DNA of 64,000 nt from Arenicellales bacterium. GTDB taxonomy: Bacteria > Pseudomonadota > Gammaproteobacteria > Arenicellales > JAJDZL01. The stretch is taken from contig CBDBFX010000002.1 of NCBI GenBank assembly GCA_965205205.1, forward strand, positions 245,637 to 309,636. The letters are read 5' to 3'. Within the stretch, counting starts at the first letter, position 1. Each line of letters begins with the position of its first letter. Both the position numbers and the translations under genes were made by a program. The notes beneath the pieces are model-generated. The model did not search any database, was not told where the DNA came from, and worked only from the letters and a program-made list of their open reading frames with translations. Shown here one piece after another: positions 1-10,618 of the stretch.

Positions 1-1
1 T

Positions 2-247
2 CTGCCGCCGCGCAATGAACAAAGAAACCTTGGCTACCACCCATATGGATGGGGCACCCACACGTGCCTCGGCACCCGCTGGATGGACCTCCACATGGCA
101 GTCAACATCCTGTTACTGGCGCGTTACTTCAGATTCGAGATGTCCCCGCCGGATACACCGATGCGCATCAACTCATTCCCATCAATGTCCGTGAGCAAGA
201 AAATGAAATTTCGGGTGGTCGGGATGAGAAATGAAATACCCTCGTAA
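2..247 (+). CDS. Cytochrome P450, C-terminal part (5' end outside window)
   Basis: Not in the ORF track. Frame 2 reads LPPRNEQRNLGYHPYGWGTHTCLGTRWMDLHMAVNILLLARYFRFE...EIPS*, which contains the heme-thiolate motif (F/Y)xxGxHxCxG. Confidence 0.85.
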   Translation: MPPRNEQRNLGYHPYGWGTHTCLGTRWMDLHMAVNILLLARYFRFEMSPPDTPMRINSFPSMSVSKKMKFRVVGMRNEIPS

Positions 248-562
248 CCTCTGAGTCCGGAACTCCAGGGCGGCCACCCGAACTGAAATGGTCCGAGGTG
301 AGAAACCACACCTCGGCGTTCCAAGCGTAACCTGGTTCCAGCGGCGCATCGCCCGTCACATTTACGACCCTCACCATCTCGATTCTCATTGTACGGTAAG
401 GTGTGACTCGGCAGCGCGGTCTGTACGGCGGTTCATCATCGCCACTGCAGCCCACGCGAACGCGGTTTCCACCTTCAATTCATCGGCAGCTGAGCAGACA
501 GTCAGCCGCCCGTATTCAACTGGCGACCAGTAGCCGGTTTGTAAGTTGAACTGATGCCGCCA

Positions 563-2854
563 CTACCTGTTCCTAACCCGGTCAAGCACCATCAGCAACG
601 GAGGAAGGAACAAAAAGTCGGCCAGCAGTGCGACGAATACCGTGATCACCATTAAGAGGCCAAGCGCCTGATTGTCCGAAATCCCTGATGTTCCGAATAC
701 CATGAAACCGAGCGCAAACATCAAGGACGTTACCAAAAGGGCTTTTCCGACAGTGGAGAAAGTTGATTTGATGGATTCTGCAGGCGGCAGTCCGCTTCTC
801 CGACCCTTCAGATATTTGGTCAGAAAGTGAATCGTATCGTCCACAATGATGCCGAACGCGATCGCGGTAACCACAGCGGCCGCAACGCCGATTTCGCCGA
901 TCAGATACCCCCACAGTCCAATCGCAATGGCGGCCGGAAAGAAATTTGGAATCAGACTGATGAGACCGTACCACAGGCTCTTGAAGACGAAAATCAGCAG
1001 GAATGAAACGACACCCATCGCGATAACCGTCCCCAGCAGCATTTTGTCAATATTTCTTTTGATTGAATACGAACCGACGATTGGCACACCAGTTGCCCCA
1101 ACTTCCATATCAGGCGCATTCTGACGCAACCAGGCGCGCGCGCGTTGATCAAGCTGAATCTTCTCATTGGCGGAGATGTTGGTCAAGATGACGGTCATTC
1201 GAGTCGCCGACCGCTCCACGTCGATCAGATTGTTCAGGTCCAACCCGATCGGTAGCGAGAACTCATACAGCAGTAGATACTGTGCGACCAGATCGGAGTT
1301 GTCCGGAATGCTGTAAAACTCAGGATCATCACCGTTCAGGTTCTTGTTCAGACGCTTGATCACATCGGTTATCGCAAAAACATGTCCAACTTCGGGCTGG
1401 GCGCGATACCAGTTGGCGAATGCTTCCACCTGCTGCAGATAACCCACATTTGTAATGCCGCCATTCTCACCGGAATCAAGGGCATACTCAAATGGTTCCA
1501 GTCCGGTCAGATTGGCCGTTACGAAATCGTTCGCACGTCGCAGCTCAAAACTCTCATCAAGCAGCTGCAGGTGGTTGGTGTCCAGTTCGATGCGTGAGAT
1601 GCCGGCGAGAAGTCCGATGATGACGATTGAAGACACACCGAGAAGGAGCAGATGGCGAGAGACAACGAACTGTCCGAATCGTTCAAAGAAGGTTGATTTT
1701 TCCGCCGAACGCAGCCGCACTCGAAGTGGCAGAACTGACAGCAGCGCCGGTAGCAGCGTAACTGAAAACACAAACGCGGCAAGCGCACCAAAAGCAACGA
1801 TGTTTCCCATCACTCGAAACGGTGGCATATCGGAAAAATTCAAGCTCAGAAACCCAATCGCCGTCGTGAGCGAGGTCAGGAAAACTGGCCAGGTGTTCGT
1901 CCGCATTGAAGAAAGTATGGCCTGATTGCGCGTCATGCCCTGCCGCAGCCCACCCAGCGTTCCCTCGATGATATGAACACAGTGGGCACAGGTTACGGCC
2001 ATCAATACGAATACCGATGCGCCACTTTCACCATAGAATTTCATGCCGGTCCAGCCGGCGAAGCCAAGCGTGGATGGAATGACGGCAATCAACACCAGAA
2101 CAATCGCCAACATGCCCAGGATTGAACGTAGCATCAAAACGGCGACCAGTAAGATGATGCCGATCGCAGTGGGACCGAGGATGCTGAACTCTTGGTCCAA
2201 CGTATCGCGAACCGTGCGATTCAGCAGGAGTTCACCGGTCAGATGATATTCAATGTCTGCATGATTCGCTCGGGCATCGGCAGCTGTCGCATTCAGAAAG
2301 TCAACGATCTCGATCTTGGCCGCCTGGCGATTGTCTTCGGGCACTACGAAACTGACAGTCAGCCCTGCAACCCGCCCGTCTGGCGCAACCAGTCGACCCG
2401 CAACTTCCTCAGTATTGAGCGCTATATTCATGATCCGTTCAATATCGGCGTCGCTGAGTGTCTGAGTGTCCTCGACGAGTGGTGCGACAATCAAATCATC
2501 CTCCGTCCCTTCACTGTGCGAATAATTGGTCAGTGAATCGACACGTGTGGAGTAAGGCGTCCGCCACAGTTCTTCGGTCAGTTCGTCAACCACCGCAAGC
2601 GACTCCCTGCTGAAAATATTGCCGCTTTTTGGCGCCACGGCGATCAGTACGCTGTCGGAAATCGCAAATGTGTCCTCAAGTTCCTCCAGCTCAATCAGAC
2701 GTATGTCATCCTCGGCGAAATGGTTGCGAAAATCGACATCGACCGATTTCAGATGAGGCATGCCAGCGAAAAAAGGCATCATCACAATGACTGAACAAAT
2801 GATCGTGAGCCACCGGCGTTCGATCGCCTGCGGTATCAATGAGTTTAGAAGCAT
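563..2854 (-). CDS. MMPL/RND family transporter
   Basis: 763 aa with two repeated TM + periplasmic + 5-TM halves; motifs LTSLTTAIGFLSL and GIIVDDTIHF. Confidence 0.9.
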   Translation of the reverse strand: MLLNSLIPQAIERRWLTIICSVIVMMPFFAGMPHLKSVDVDFRNHFAEDDIRLIELEELEDTFAISDSVLIAVAPKSGNIFSRESLAVVDELTEELWRTPYSTRVDSLTNYSHSEGTEDDLIVAPLVEDTQTLSDADIERIMNIALNTEEVAGRLVAPDGRVAGLTVSFVVPEDNRQAAKIEIVDFLNATAADARANHADIEYHLTGELLLNRTVRDTLDQEFSILGPTAIGIILLVAVLMLRSILGMLAIVLVLIAVIPSTLGFAGWTGMKFYGESGASVFVLMAVTCAHCVHIIEGTLGGLRQGMTRNQAILSSMRTNTWPVFLTSLTTAIGFLSLNFSDMPPFRVMGNIVAFGALAAFVFSVTLLPALLSVLPLRVRLRSAEKSTFFERFGQFVVSRHLLLLGVSSIVIIGLLAGISRIELDTNHLQLLDESFELRRANDFVTANLTGLEPFEYALDSGENGGITNVGYLQQVEAFANWYRAQPEVGHVFAITDVIKRLNKNLNGDDPEFYSIPDNSDLVAQYLLLYEFSLPIGLDLNNLIDVERSATRMTVILTNISANEKIQLDQRARAWLRQNAPDMEVGATGVPIVGSYSIKRNIDKMLLGTVIAMGVVSFLLIFVFKSLWYGLISLIPNFFPAAIAIGLWGYLIGEIGVAAAVVTAIAFGIIVDDTIHFLTKYLKGRRSGLPPAESIKSTFSTVGKALLVTSLMFALGFMVFGTSGISDNQALGLLMVITVFVALLADFLFLPPLLMVLDRVRNR

Positions 2855-3299
2855 GCCGTCATACCGATCGCTGAATCTGTTCCAATTTTAACAGGTTCAC
2901 CCACAACCCCGCTCTCATGGCAAACCATTCAGCTGGGTAACGAGCAAAGTTAATTTTAAAATAATTTTTAATGTCTGGCGTTACTATCCAATTATGAAGA
3001 CTTATCTTAAAAAATTTCCTAGAAAATAATTCTACTGTAATAGTCAATCTGTACCGACTCTTGGCAATGCCATCAGTCTGACGTTTGTAATGCAATGACG
3101 ACCGCGAGTACAAGAACGGACTACTCGCTTTCTGTCACCATGCAGATTTGTCAAAGGCCAAAGGCAGTTGTTGTCAGGTGTGCAGACTCTGGGTTTCCTG
3201 TGGAACTGAGAATTGTCCGAAGACGCAGTCGGTCCATTTTGACAATGTCCGCTGACGTTCCATGCTACAATTGGAAGGAAAAAGACGCGCGCAACAGCT

Positions 3300-3383
3300 A
3301 TGAACAAGCTTGACCTGCCAATCGGCTATTCAGCCTTTCGGGACATCAGAGAACGGGACTGGAGTACACAGACACCATGGTAA
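3300..3383 (+). pseudogene. 5' remnant of an AAA-ATPase-like/PD-(D/E)XK family gene
   Basis: MNKLDLPIGYSAFRDIRERD, then EYTDT in a shifted frame. Resembles the LPIGxxxFxxIRxxxxxYVDKT N-terminus of this family. Confidence 0.5.
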
Positions 3384-3516
3384 CAAATTCTTTATAGTCA
3401 TTGAGCGAAGCTGTGCATTCGGTGAAAAAAAAGCGTTTCTTGGTTACGCTTATTCATAAGTATGACTTATAATCTGGCAATTATATCCCAACCCATTGAT
3501 GTGAGGAGAAAAGCCG

Positions 3517-4203
3517 ATGGCACGCAACGACATTCAGTTTCAGGCCGGTATGAGTCTGAGCGAGTTTTTCAAACATTACGGCACCGAGGAGCAGTGTTTC
3601 GAGGCGCTGTTCAAGTGGCGCTGGCCGAAGGGTTTCCGCTGTCCGAACTGCGGTCATGACAAGTGGTGTCGGCTGAACACCCGCAAACTGCAGCAGTGCC
3701 ACCGCTGCGGCCGGCAGACCTCCATCACCGCCGGCACCATCTTCGAGGGCACCAAACTGCCACTGACGTTGTGGTTTCAGGGGATGTACCTGATGACGCA
3801 GCACAAGAAGGGGGTGTCGGCCATGCAGCTGCACCGGGATCTGGGGATCTCGTACAATGCGGCCTGGCGGATGCGGCACAAGCTGATGCAGGTGATGATG
3901 GAACGGGATGGGAAAAAGCCGCTGGGGGTGCGCGTGGAGTTGGATGACGCGTATCTGGGTGGCGAGCGCAGTGGCGGCCGGCGGGGTCGTGGGGCGCCTG
4001 GCAAGACGCCCTTTGTGGCGGCGGTTGAGACCGATGAGAAGGGGCGGCCGAGGCGGATGAAGCTGAGCGTGGTGCGGGGGTTCAGGCGGCGGGAGATAGT
4101 CGACTGGGCGACGCGGCACCTGCGGCCCGACACGCAGGTGTTGTCTGATGGACTGGCCTGTTTCCGCGGGGTCGCGGAGGCCGGCTGCCGGCCTCACAAA
4201 TAG
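3517..4203 (+). pseudogene. IS1595 transposase, 5' part
   Basis: Zn ribbon (CPNC...CHRC), TAGTIF, VELDDAY and VLSDG motifs; cut off by the insertion at 4193. Confidence 0.9.
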
Positions 4204-6542
4204 TCACAGTTGAATCTTTTTTCATAATGTGATAAAACAGGGCCTACCATGAAAGTAGGTCTCCATCAGTTTCACGCCCAGACCATCGACTGGTTTCAGA
4301 ATGCGGCGTCGACGCCGGGTGTGTCGCGCAACGCCCTGGCCCTCGAGCTGTGCGAGCGCGAGCAGTGGACCGGCACGACGGGCGAGCTGTGCGTGGCCTC
4401 GGCCCGAAAGGCGCTGCCGGTGCTGGCTGAGCGGCTGGGTGTGGCGTTGCCGGCGACGCACCCGTCATTCGGTTCGGGCGGCCGCGAGGCGCCGCCTGAG
4501 GTGGCTTATCCGGACCGCGCGCTGCGTCGCTCGCTGTCGGCACTGGGTGAGGTGACGGTCGAGCCGGTGTCGGGCGACGAGGAACGGCGGCAGTGGGAGT
4601 CGATGATGCGCACGCATCACCCGCAGGGCTGGCGTCAGGCGCCGGGTGGCCAGCTGCGCTACTGGGTGTGTTCTTCGCGCTACGGTCGTCTGGGCGGGCT
4701 GAACTTCTGTGCGGCGAGCTGGCACCAGCAGGTGCGCGATGCGTTCATCGGCTGGTCGGGTGAGGCGCGGGTGTCGAATCTGAGTCGGGTGCTGAACAAC
4801 CAGCGGCTGCTGATTCTGCCGGGGGTGCGGGTTCACGGTCTGGCTTCTCGGGTGCTGGAGCTGGCGTGTGCGCAGGTGGTTGAGGACTGGGAGGTGAAGT
4901 ACAATGTACGACCGGTGCTGGCGTACACGTATGTGTCGCCCGAGCATCCGGGGACGAGTTACCGGGCGGCGGGTTGGCAGCGCGGTGAGGGCGGCACCTC
5001 GGGTTGCTCGCCGGGCGGTGGCACGGTGGTACGGGCAGTGTGGCTGAAACCGCTGGTGCGCGGCTGGCGGACGGTGCTGTGCGCCGAGCCGGTGCGGCAG
5101 ATTCAGGCGGCGCCGGCGCTGCACATGGATGAGAAGACGGATTGGGCGGATGTGGAATATGGTCGCAGCACGCATCCGGACGGTCGGGTGTGCGCGCGGA
5201 TCTTGCGCATGGGTCGGGCGTGGCTGGAGCGGCCGGGGGCGTCGCTGCCGCAGATCTTTCCCCGGCGGGCGGACTTGCGTGCGGCTTACCGGCTGTTATC
5301 GAACGGGAGGGTGAAAATGGAACACATCTTGGAGTCGCACTGGGCGGCGATGGTGGATCGCTGTCGGCTGGAGCCGGTGGTGCTGGCGCTGCAGGACACG
5401 ACGGCGCTGAACTATGCGAGTCGGCCGGCGACGGCGGGGCTGGTGAACATTGGTGGCGGTGGGTCGGGCGTGCAGGGTCTGAAGGCGCATGTGGGTCTGG
5501 CGGTGAACGAGGCGGGGCGACCGCTGGGGGTGTATGCGCTGGATGCGGACTATGCGGATCGGCTGGAGCTGGAGAGTGATCGCTGGGGTGAAGGCCTGGA
5601 GCGGGCCTGTGAGCTGGAGCGGGCCTGTGCGCGGACGCGGGTGGTGACGGTATGCGATCGGGAGGGCGACCTGTGGGGACTACTGGATCAGGCGCGCTCG
5701 CAGTCGGCCGGACTGCTGGTTCGGGTGCGGCGCGGGAGTCGCCGCGAGGTGCTGTTGGCAGGCGGGAAGCGCGAGTGTCTGTGGGCGCACATGGAGAGGT
5801 TGCCGTCGCTGGCGGAGAAGACCGTGCAGGTGGTGGCCTGCGGGGGTGGTCGGAAGCGTGCGGGGCGCGAGGTGCGGCTGGAGTTGCGGGCGGCGCGGGT
5901 GCGGTTGGCGGCGCCGCGGTGGCCACCCGCAGGTGCGGACACGGCGCCGATTGAGATGCTGGCGGTCAGTGCGATTGAAGCGGACCCGCCGGCCGGCGAG
6001 CAGCCGCTGCACTGGCTGCTGCTGACCACCGAGGGACAGGCCGATGCCGCCGGCGCCGGCACCGCCGTGCGATACTATGAGCTGCGCTGGACCATTGAGG
6101 AGTACTTCCGCACCCTGAAGACCGGCGCCGGCATCGAGAAGCGGCAGCTGGACCATGCCGATGACCTGCGCAAGTGCCTGACGTTCGATGCCATCACCGC
6201 CTGTGAGGTGTTCAGCCTCGATCGGATGGCGCGCGACCGCCCGCAGACGCCGGCCGACGAGGTGGTGAGTGAAGATGACCTGTGGGTGCTGAACGCCCGC
6301 CTGGATGATTATGGCATCCGCCGGCCGAAGCCGCCGCCCGGCGAGGCGCCGGACATCCGCAGTTTCGTCGTCGATGTGGCGCGGTTGGCGGGTTTTCATC
6401 CGCGTCGCAGTCAGCCGCTGCCGGGCGTCATGAAACTATGGGAGGGGTATGTGCTGCTGCGCGAGTCGGTCTTCACCTATCGGGCGATCAGAAGGCAGAG
6501 CATGGTCCAGAATGAATAGACTCACTTGTGGGATGTTGTGAG
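4193..6542 (+). mobile_element. IS4-family (IS50/Tn5-like) element
   Basis: Ends CTCACAAATAGTCACAGTTGAATCT and AGACTCACTTGTGGGATGTTGTGAG form imperfect IRs; 9-bp direct repeat GCTGCCGGC at 4184-4192 and 6543-6551; much higher GC than the host genes. Confidence 0.92.
4249..6519 (+). CDS. IS4/Tn5-like DDE transposase with N-terminal DUF4338-like domain
   Basis: DDE motifs LQDTT, VCDREGD and YELRWTIEEYFRTLKTG, plus WLLLTT. The N-terminal RDAFIGW...NNQRLLILPGVRVHGLAS...GTSYRAAGW block is typical of DUF4338. Confidence 0.88.
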   Translation: MKVGLHQFHAQTIDWFQNAASTPGVSRNALALELCEREQWTGTTGELCVASARKALPVLAERLGVALPATHPSFGSGGREAPPEVAYPDRALRRSLSALGEVTVEPVSGDEERRQWESMMRTHHPQGWRQAPGGQLRYWVCSSRYGRLGGLNFCAASWHQQVRDAFIGWSGEARVSNLSRVLNNQRLLILPGVRVHGLASRVLELACAQVVEDWEVKYNVRPVLAYTYVSPEHPGTSYRAAGWQRGEGGTSGCSPGGGTVVRAVWLKPLVRGWRTVLCAEPVRQIQAAPALHMDEKTDWADVEYGRSTHPDGRVCARILRMGRAWLERPGASLPQIFPRRADLRAAYRLLSNGRVKMEHILESHWAAMVDRCRLEPVVLALQDTTALNYASRPATAGLVNIGGGGSGVQGLKAHVGLAVNEAGRPLGVYALDADYADRLELESDRWGEGLERACELERACARTRVVTVCDREGDLWGLLDQARSQSAGLLVRVRRGSRREVLLAGGKRECLWAHMERLPSLAEKTVQVVACGGGRKRAGREVRLELRAARVRLAAPRWPPAGADTAPIEMLAVSAIEADPPAGEQPLHWLLLTTEGQADAAGAGTAVRYYELRWTIEEYFRTLKTGAGIEKRQLDHADDLRKCLTFDAITACEVFSLDRMARDRPQTPADEVVSEDDLWVLNARLDDYGIRRPKPPPGEAPDIRSFVVDVARLAGFHPRRSQPLPGVMKLWEGYVLLRESVFTYRAIRRQSMVQNE

Positions 6543-6820
6543 GCTGCCGGCACGAGGCGCGGGTGTGCAGCGGTCGCAAGGGCCATGTGGAGGATCCCCA
6601 GTTCCGCTGGGTGAACACGATGCTCGGCAATGTGAAAACGGCACTTCGTGGCACCTATCATGCGGTTGACCCCAAATATGCGCAGCGCTATCTGGCGGAG
6701 TATGAATACCGCTTCAACCGGCGGTATCGGTTGCCGGACATGCTGCCCCGACTGGCGTATGTGGCACTGCGTACCCCACCGATGCCGGAGCGCCTGCTGA
6801 AGCTCCCTGTTGCCGTCTAG
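6543..6820 (+). pseudogene. IS1595 transposase, 3' part
   Basis: WVNTMLGNVKTALRGTYH...YLAEYEYRFNRR. Rejoins the 5' part in frame (VAEAGCRHEARVCSGRK) once the insert and one direct-repeat copy are removed. Confidence 0.9.
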
Positions 6821-7429
6821 AACGCTACTTACTTTTAGGCGTAACCAAGAAGCGTTTTGGGTAACGGATGTCGTCTTTTAATCTTCGCACTTCCTTCATT
6901 CAACCGATTTGCCGTGTAGCATATAGGAGTGTTATAGGCACGCACAGGTCAGGCGAAATTCATCGGTGAATCCAGTCATCACTTGAACTTCAGCGTATGG
7001 CGATGCTAGTGCGCCAGTAACAACTGACGTCACCGCCGCGCGATCGCTTTCCCTGCAGATTCATGTAGCAAGTGTGGCTTCCCTGCTGTGGAAACGGAAA
7101 CTGTCTTTATGGAACCGTCTTAATCCTGAGTGAAAGGATATGAAAATCAGGCATTTTCCAACTGTCTTCGGAAGCGACTCTGAGCTGGCAACAGGTCGAT
7201 TGGAACTTAGTGGAAAATTGACAGTCATTTTCAAATCCGGCACCATCCGTTGTCCAGGAGCCCGATAGTGGGATCATTTTTCGAGTGAATCCATCGCTTG
7301 ATCGCTCTGGTAACGATTCGCACATTTTGGCAATTTGCATTGCCCGAGTTCGACAGGACCGCAGATTTTTTCTGCCGGAGTCCGCAGAACAGGAATCAGA
7401 CGATTCAGAACTGAATTGATTGGTCAGCA

Positions 7430-8380
7430 ATGATTCAGCTTTTCAGCACTCCCACAAGAGACCGCCCTTTCATCGCACTCTGGCTGCTGTTTGCTGGGGT
7501 TTTCCTGCTGGCGCTGCAGGATTCTGTAATCAAGAGTGTTTCCCTGCAGACCTCTTACTGGCAGTTCCAAGCGATCAGAGCCAGTGGCAATCTGTTCTTC
7601 GCCGTGGTTTTTGCCTTTGCAGGTGGTGGGTTATACCTGTTGCGACCAATACGGGTGGGAGCGGTTTACTTTCGCGCCTTCCTGATGACTTTGTGTATGT
7701 TCTGCTTTTTTTCCGCGGCCCCCTTCCTTTCAATCACGCAAATGGCGGCTGGCTTATACACCTATCCCATTTTCGTAACCTTGCTCGCCGCGCCGGTCCT
7801 CGGTGAAAATTTGGGACCTTGGCGTCTGTCAGCGATGCTGCTGGGTACCAGCGGTGCGGTGTTGGTGTTATCACCTTGGGAAGAAGACTTTTCACTCCTT
7901 CAGGTTCTGCCGGTACTCGCCGGCTTCTTTTACGCCGCCAGCATTCTAACCATTCGCCGCGCCTGTCGTTTTGAAAATACGCTGGCTATGGTATTCGCAG
8001 TGGCCATCGCTTTTCTGGCATCGGGAACACTCGGAAGTCTCGTTTTGAGCATGTTTCCCCTACCCACAGACGTGCAGCAGCTCATGCCCTTCGTAGCCAT
8101 TGGCTGGCCGGCGCTGACATGGGTCGTGGTTGGCGTCGCGGGCTTCACTGCGCTGCTGAACCTGTGTGGCAACATCTGTCTCAGCCGCGCTTATCAGACC
8201 GCTGATGCCAGCTGGCTTGCACCGATGGAGTTCAGTTATCTGTTATTTGCCGTTTTCTGGGGTAAGACGCTTTTTGACACCTGGCCGGCGACCAATGCGA
8301 TCATCGGGATGGTATTGATTGGTGGGGCTGGCGTTCTCACAGCATGGCGAGAAGGTGTGCGGCGCAAGGTACAGGTATGA
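7430..8380 (+). CDS. DMT (EamA) family transporter
   Basis: About 10 TM segments; PIFVTLLAAPVLGE and AYQTADASWLAPMEF motifs. Confidence 0.88.
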   Translation: MIQLFSTPTRDRPFIALWLLFAGVFLLALQDSVIKSVSLQTSYWQFQAIRASGNLFFAVVFAFAGGGLYLLRPIRVGAVYFRAFLMTLCMFCFFSAAPFLSITQMAAGLYTYPIFVTLLAAPVLGENLGPWRLSAMLLGTSGAVLVLSPWEEDFSLLQVLPVLAGFFYAASILTIRRACRFENTLAMVFAVAIAFLASGTLGSLVLSMFPLPTDVQQLMPFVAIGWPALTWVVVGVAGFTALLNLCGNICLSRAYQTADASWLAPMEFSYLLFAVFWGKTLFDTWPATNAIIGMVLIGGAGVLTAWREGVRRKVQV

Positions 8381-8467
8381 AGCGAAAAAATGGAATGCGC
8401 TGGACATTCGCTGCCGGCTTAAGTGCCGGATCTATCGCAGATTGAGAACGTTCCTGCCGATCATCAG

Positions 8468-9724
8468 CTACAGCATTTCATCCAGGGCGTCAATCAATCG
8501 TGTAACCTCACTTCTGCTGTTGTAGTGGACCATGCTCACTCGGATGACGCCATCCCTTCCCAAATCAAGCGCATCAATGCAACGCCGCGCATAGAAATCT
8601 CCCGAACCGATGCCGATGTTGGCTTCGCCTAATTTTTTTGCAATTTCGGAGGGTCGCCTGTTCTCTACGGTAAACGATATCGTTGGTACACGGCGGGTGA
8701 AATCAATTTCTGGCAAGCCAATGACTCGCACATTGGGTTTAGAGTTCAGGTAATCCATAAAAGGATGCGCAATTTCATCTTCGTGCTGAGTAAAGAGATC
8801 AAATACCCTGTGGTAGCGCTCGCTGGCTGAGCCTTCACAGGGCCCGAAATGATGTTCGAATACCTGCTCCAGATACTCAACAACACCTTCAATGGCGGCG
8901 GCGGTTTCATGCTGATATCCACCGGGCTGGAGTTTCTGCGGCAATGCGGAACGGGTGAAAAAGAAATGATTCTGATTTTCCATACCGAGCAGCCGTTCAT
9001 GTCTCCCACACAGTACACCCAAGTGAGGGCCGTAGAGCTTGTACAGACTGAACAGTAGAAAATCTGCATTCGAGTTCTCGAAATTCAGCGCGCGATGAGG
9101 TGCGTATGCGACCGCATCCACACAGAGCAATGCGCCCACCGAATGGGTCAGCTCGGCGATCGCCTGAATGTCGTTGATGGTTCCGGTAATATTTGAACAC
9201 CAGGTGCAGCAGACGAGACGGGTTTTTTCGGTCAGCAGCTGAGCCAGCTGGGGCGGCCCGCCCAAATCGGCCGTAGCGGAATCGATTCGCCACTCCTTGA
9301 TCACAATACCACGGTCCACCAGTCTGCGCCACGCACCAATGTTGGCTTCGTGGTCAAGATTCGTAACGACGACTTCATCACCCGGTTTCAGCGATGATCG
9401 TATTGCATTGGCCAGCACATATACATTCATGGTTGTCGAATGTCCGATTATGACCTCTCTCGGTTTTGCGCCGATCATTTCGCTGAGTCGGCGATGACTG
9501 CGATCAATACGGTCCATCGCTTCCGCTGAAGCAGAATATGGGGCACCGGGCTGAACTTGATTTCGACGCATGTAGTCATAAATCCGATCGCTTACGGTGG
9601 TGGGGACGAAGGTGCCACCGGCGTTTTCAAAAAAAGCCCAGTCGCCAATATTCGGAAACTGATTGCGGACAAACTGCAGATCGTATTGAGGTGTGGTCAT
9701 GGATGAAAGATCTGATTTAAACAA
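8468..9724 (-). CDS. Aminotransferase class V / cysteine desulfurase-like protein
   Basis: FFENAGGT, LDHEANIGAW, VDAVAYAPH, PLP lysine in SLYKLYGPHLG, and RVSMVHYN. Confidence 0.9.
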   Translation of the reverse strand: MFKSDLSSMTTPQYDLQFVRNQFPNIGDWAFFENAGGTFVPTTVSDRIYDYMRRNQVQPGAPYSASAEAMDRIDRSHRRLSEMIGAKPREVIIGHSTTMNVYVLANAIRSSLKPGDEVVVTNLDHEANIGAWRRLVDRGIVIKEWRIDSATADLGGPPQLAQLLTEKTRLVCCTWCSNITGTINDIQAIAELTHSVGALLCVDAVAYAPHRALNFENSNADFLLFSLYKLYGPHLGVLCGRHERLLGMENQNHFFFTRSALPQKLQPGGYQHETAAAIEGVVEYLEQVFEHHFGPCEGSASERYHRVFDLFTQHEDEIAHPFMDYLNSKPNVRVIGLPEIDFTRRVPTISFTVENRRPSEIAKKLGEANIGIGSGDFYARRCIDALDLGRDGVIRVSMVHYNSRSEVTRLIDALDEML

Positions 9725-10434
9725 TGTAAGATGTCATGTCAATGTAATTTTGGGGGAATTTCGACCGAATGCCAACCGCCCAAGATCGCAGGACAAATTT
9801 CTGAATCGATCAAATGATCGATTCGATTCAATCTGGCATATATTTTACCGATTCAGCACTTGGCAATCCTGCAGGTATGGGGTCACCAGCTACCGCCGTT
9901 CAGTCGGCTGTCGGCCACCCGGTGGGGCGGCCTGTCTAACCGTTTTATGCACTGCATTCTCGTCCCAAGCGTTGCATCCCAGATCAATATTTGCTGTGGA
10001 TGGATGATCTGCTTGATTATCTCTTCGGCACGGGCCATGTGCTGTGTTAACTTTTCCAGATCATAGGCTCGCGAAAACGTCCTGCCAACAATGGCCGGTT
10101 ATTCTATTCCACGGCTCCTGTCGCGATCTGATAATGAATTACAGGGTATGCCCATGAATTTTGCCAAATGTCTCAATTGGCGGCGGAGTCAGCGATTTGG
10201 CTGTGAATGGACGGACGCGCATGGTTGGTGTGTCGCTCAGGTGGCCGTCAAAACGGCGTGGACTTCAAACCGCGTCGATAGCCTGCAACCGCATTTCTGC
10301 AGCATTCGTGTCCAGCGCGGGGGCTTGAGCTATACAATGGCCGTCTCTTGGTTGACTGCCGCGGCTTGATTACACCGGTTGATTTTTGCCTTTTTCCATC
10401 CGATCATTCGGTACGATTTGATCGGACTCAATCA

Positions 10435-10521
10435 GCGGTTGAAGAACGTTAACCCACTGAATTGACAGACCTATCCATCAGTGAACAGCTGTTGAAATTG
10501 ACCACCACGTCAGGAAATCTG
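10435..10521 (-). repeat. Diverged solo copy of the left end of the 30842-33505 transposon
   Basis: gttgaagaacgttaacccactga...gacagacct...gtcaggaaatctg aligns with the reverse complement of 30842-30930. Confidence 0.7.
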
Positions 10522-10618
10522 AACTTATCGTAGAATAAACCTAATCGGTAAACAACAATTACCTCACCTAAAACTAGAAAACACTTATATATTACCAAGA
10601 ATACTGGTATGCACTAAC

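Larger units (their letters stand above)
3439..6849 (+). mobile_element. IS1595-family element interrupted by a nested IS4-like element
   Basis: Imperfect 24-bp TIRs (CTTGGTTACGCttattcaTAAGTA vs CTTGGTTACGCctaaaagTAAGTA) and 8-bp direct repeat AAGCGTTT at 3431-3438 and 6850-6857. Confidence 0.93.

Noticed and set aside
3481-6654. Long antisense and alternative-frame ORFs inside the IS elements
   Set aside because: Shadow ORFs of GC-rich transposase DNA with low-complexity Pro/Ala/Arg content.
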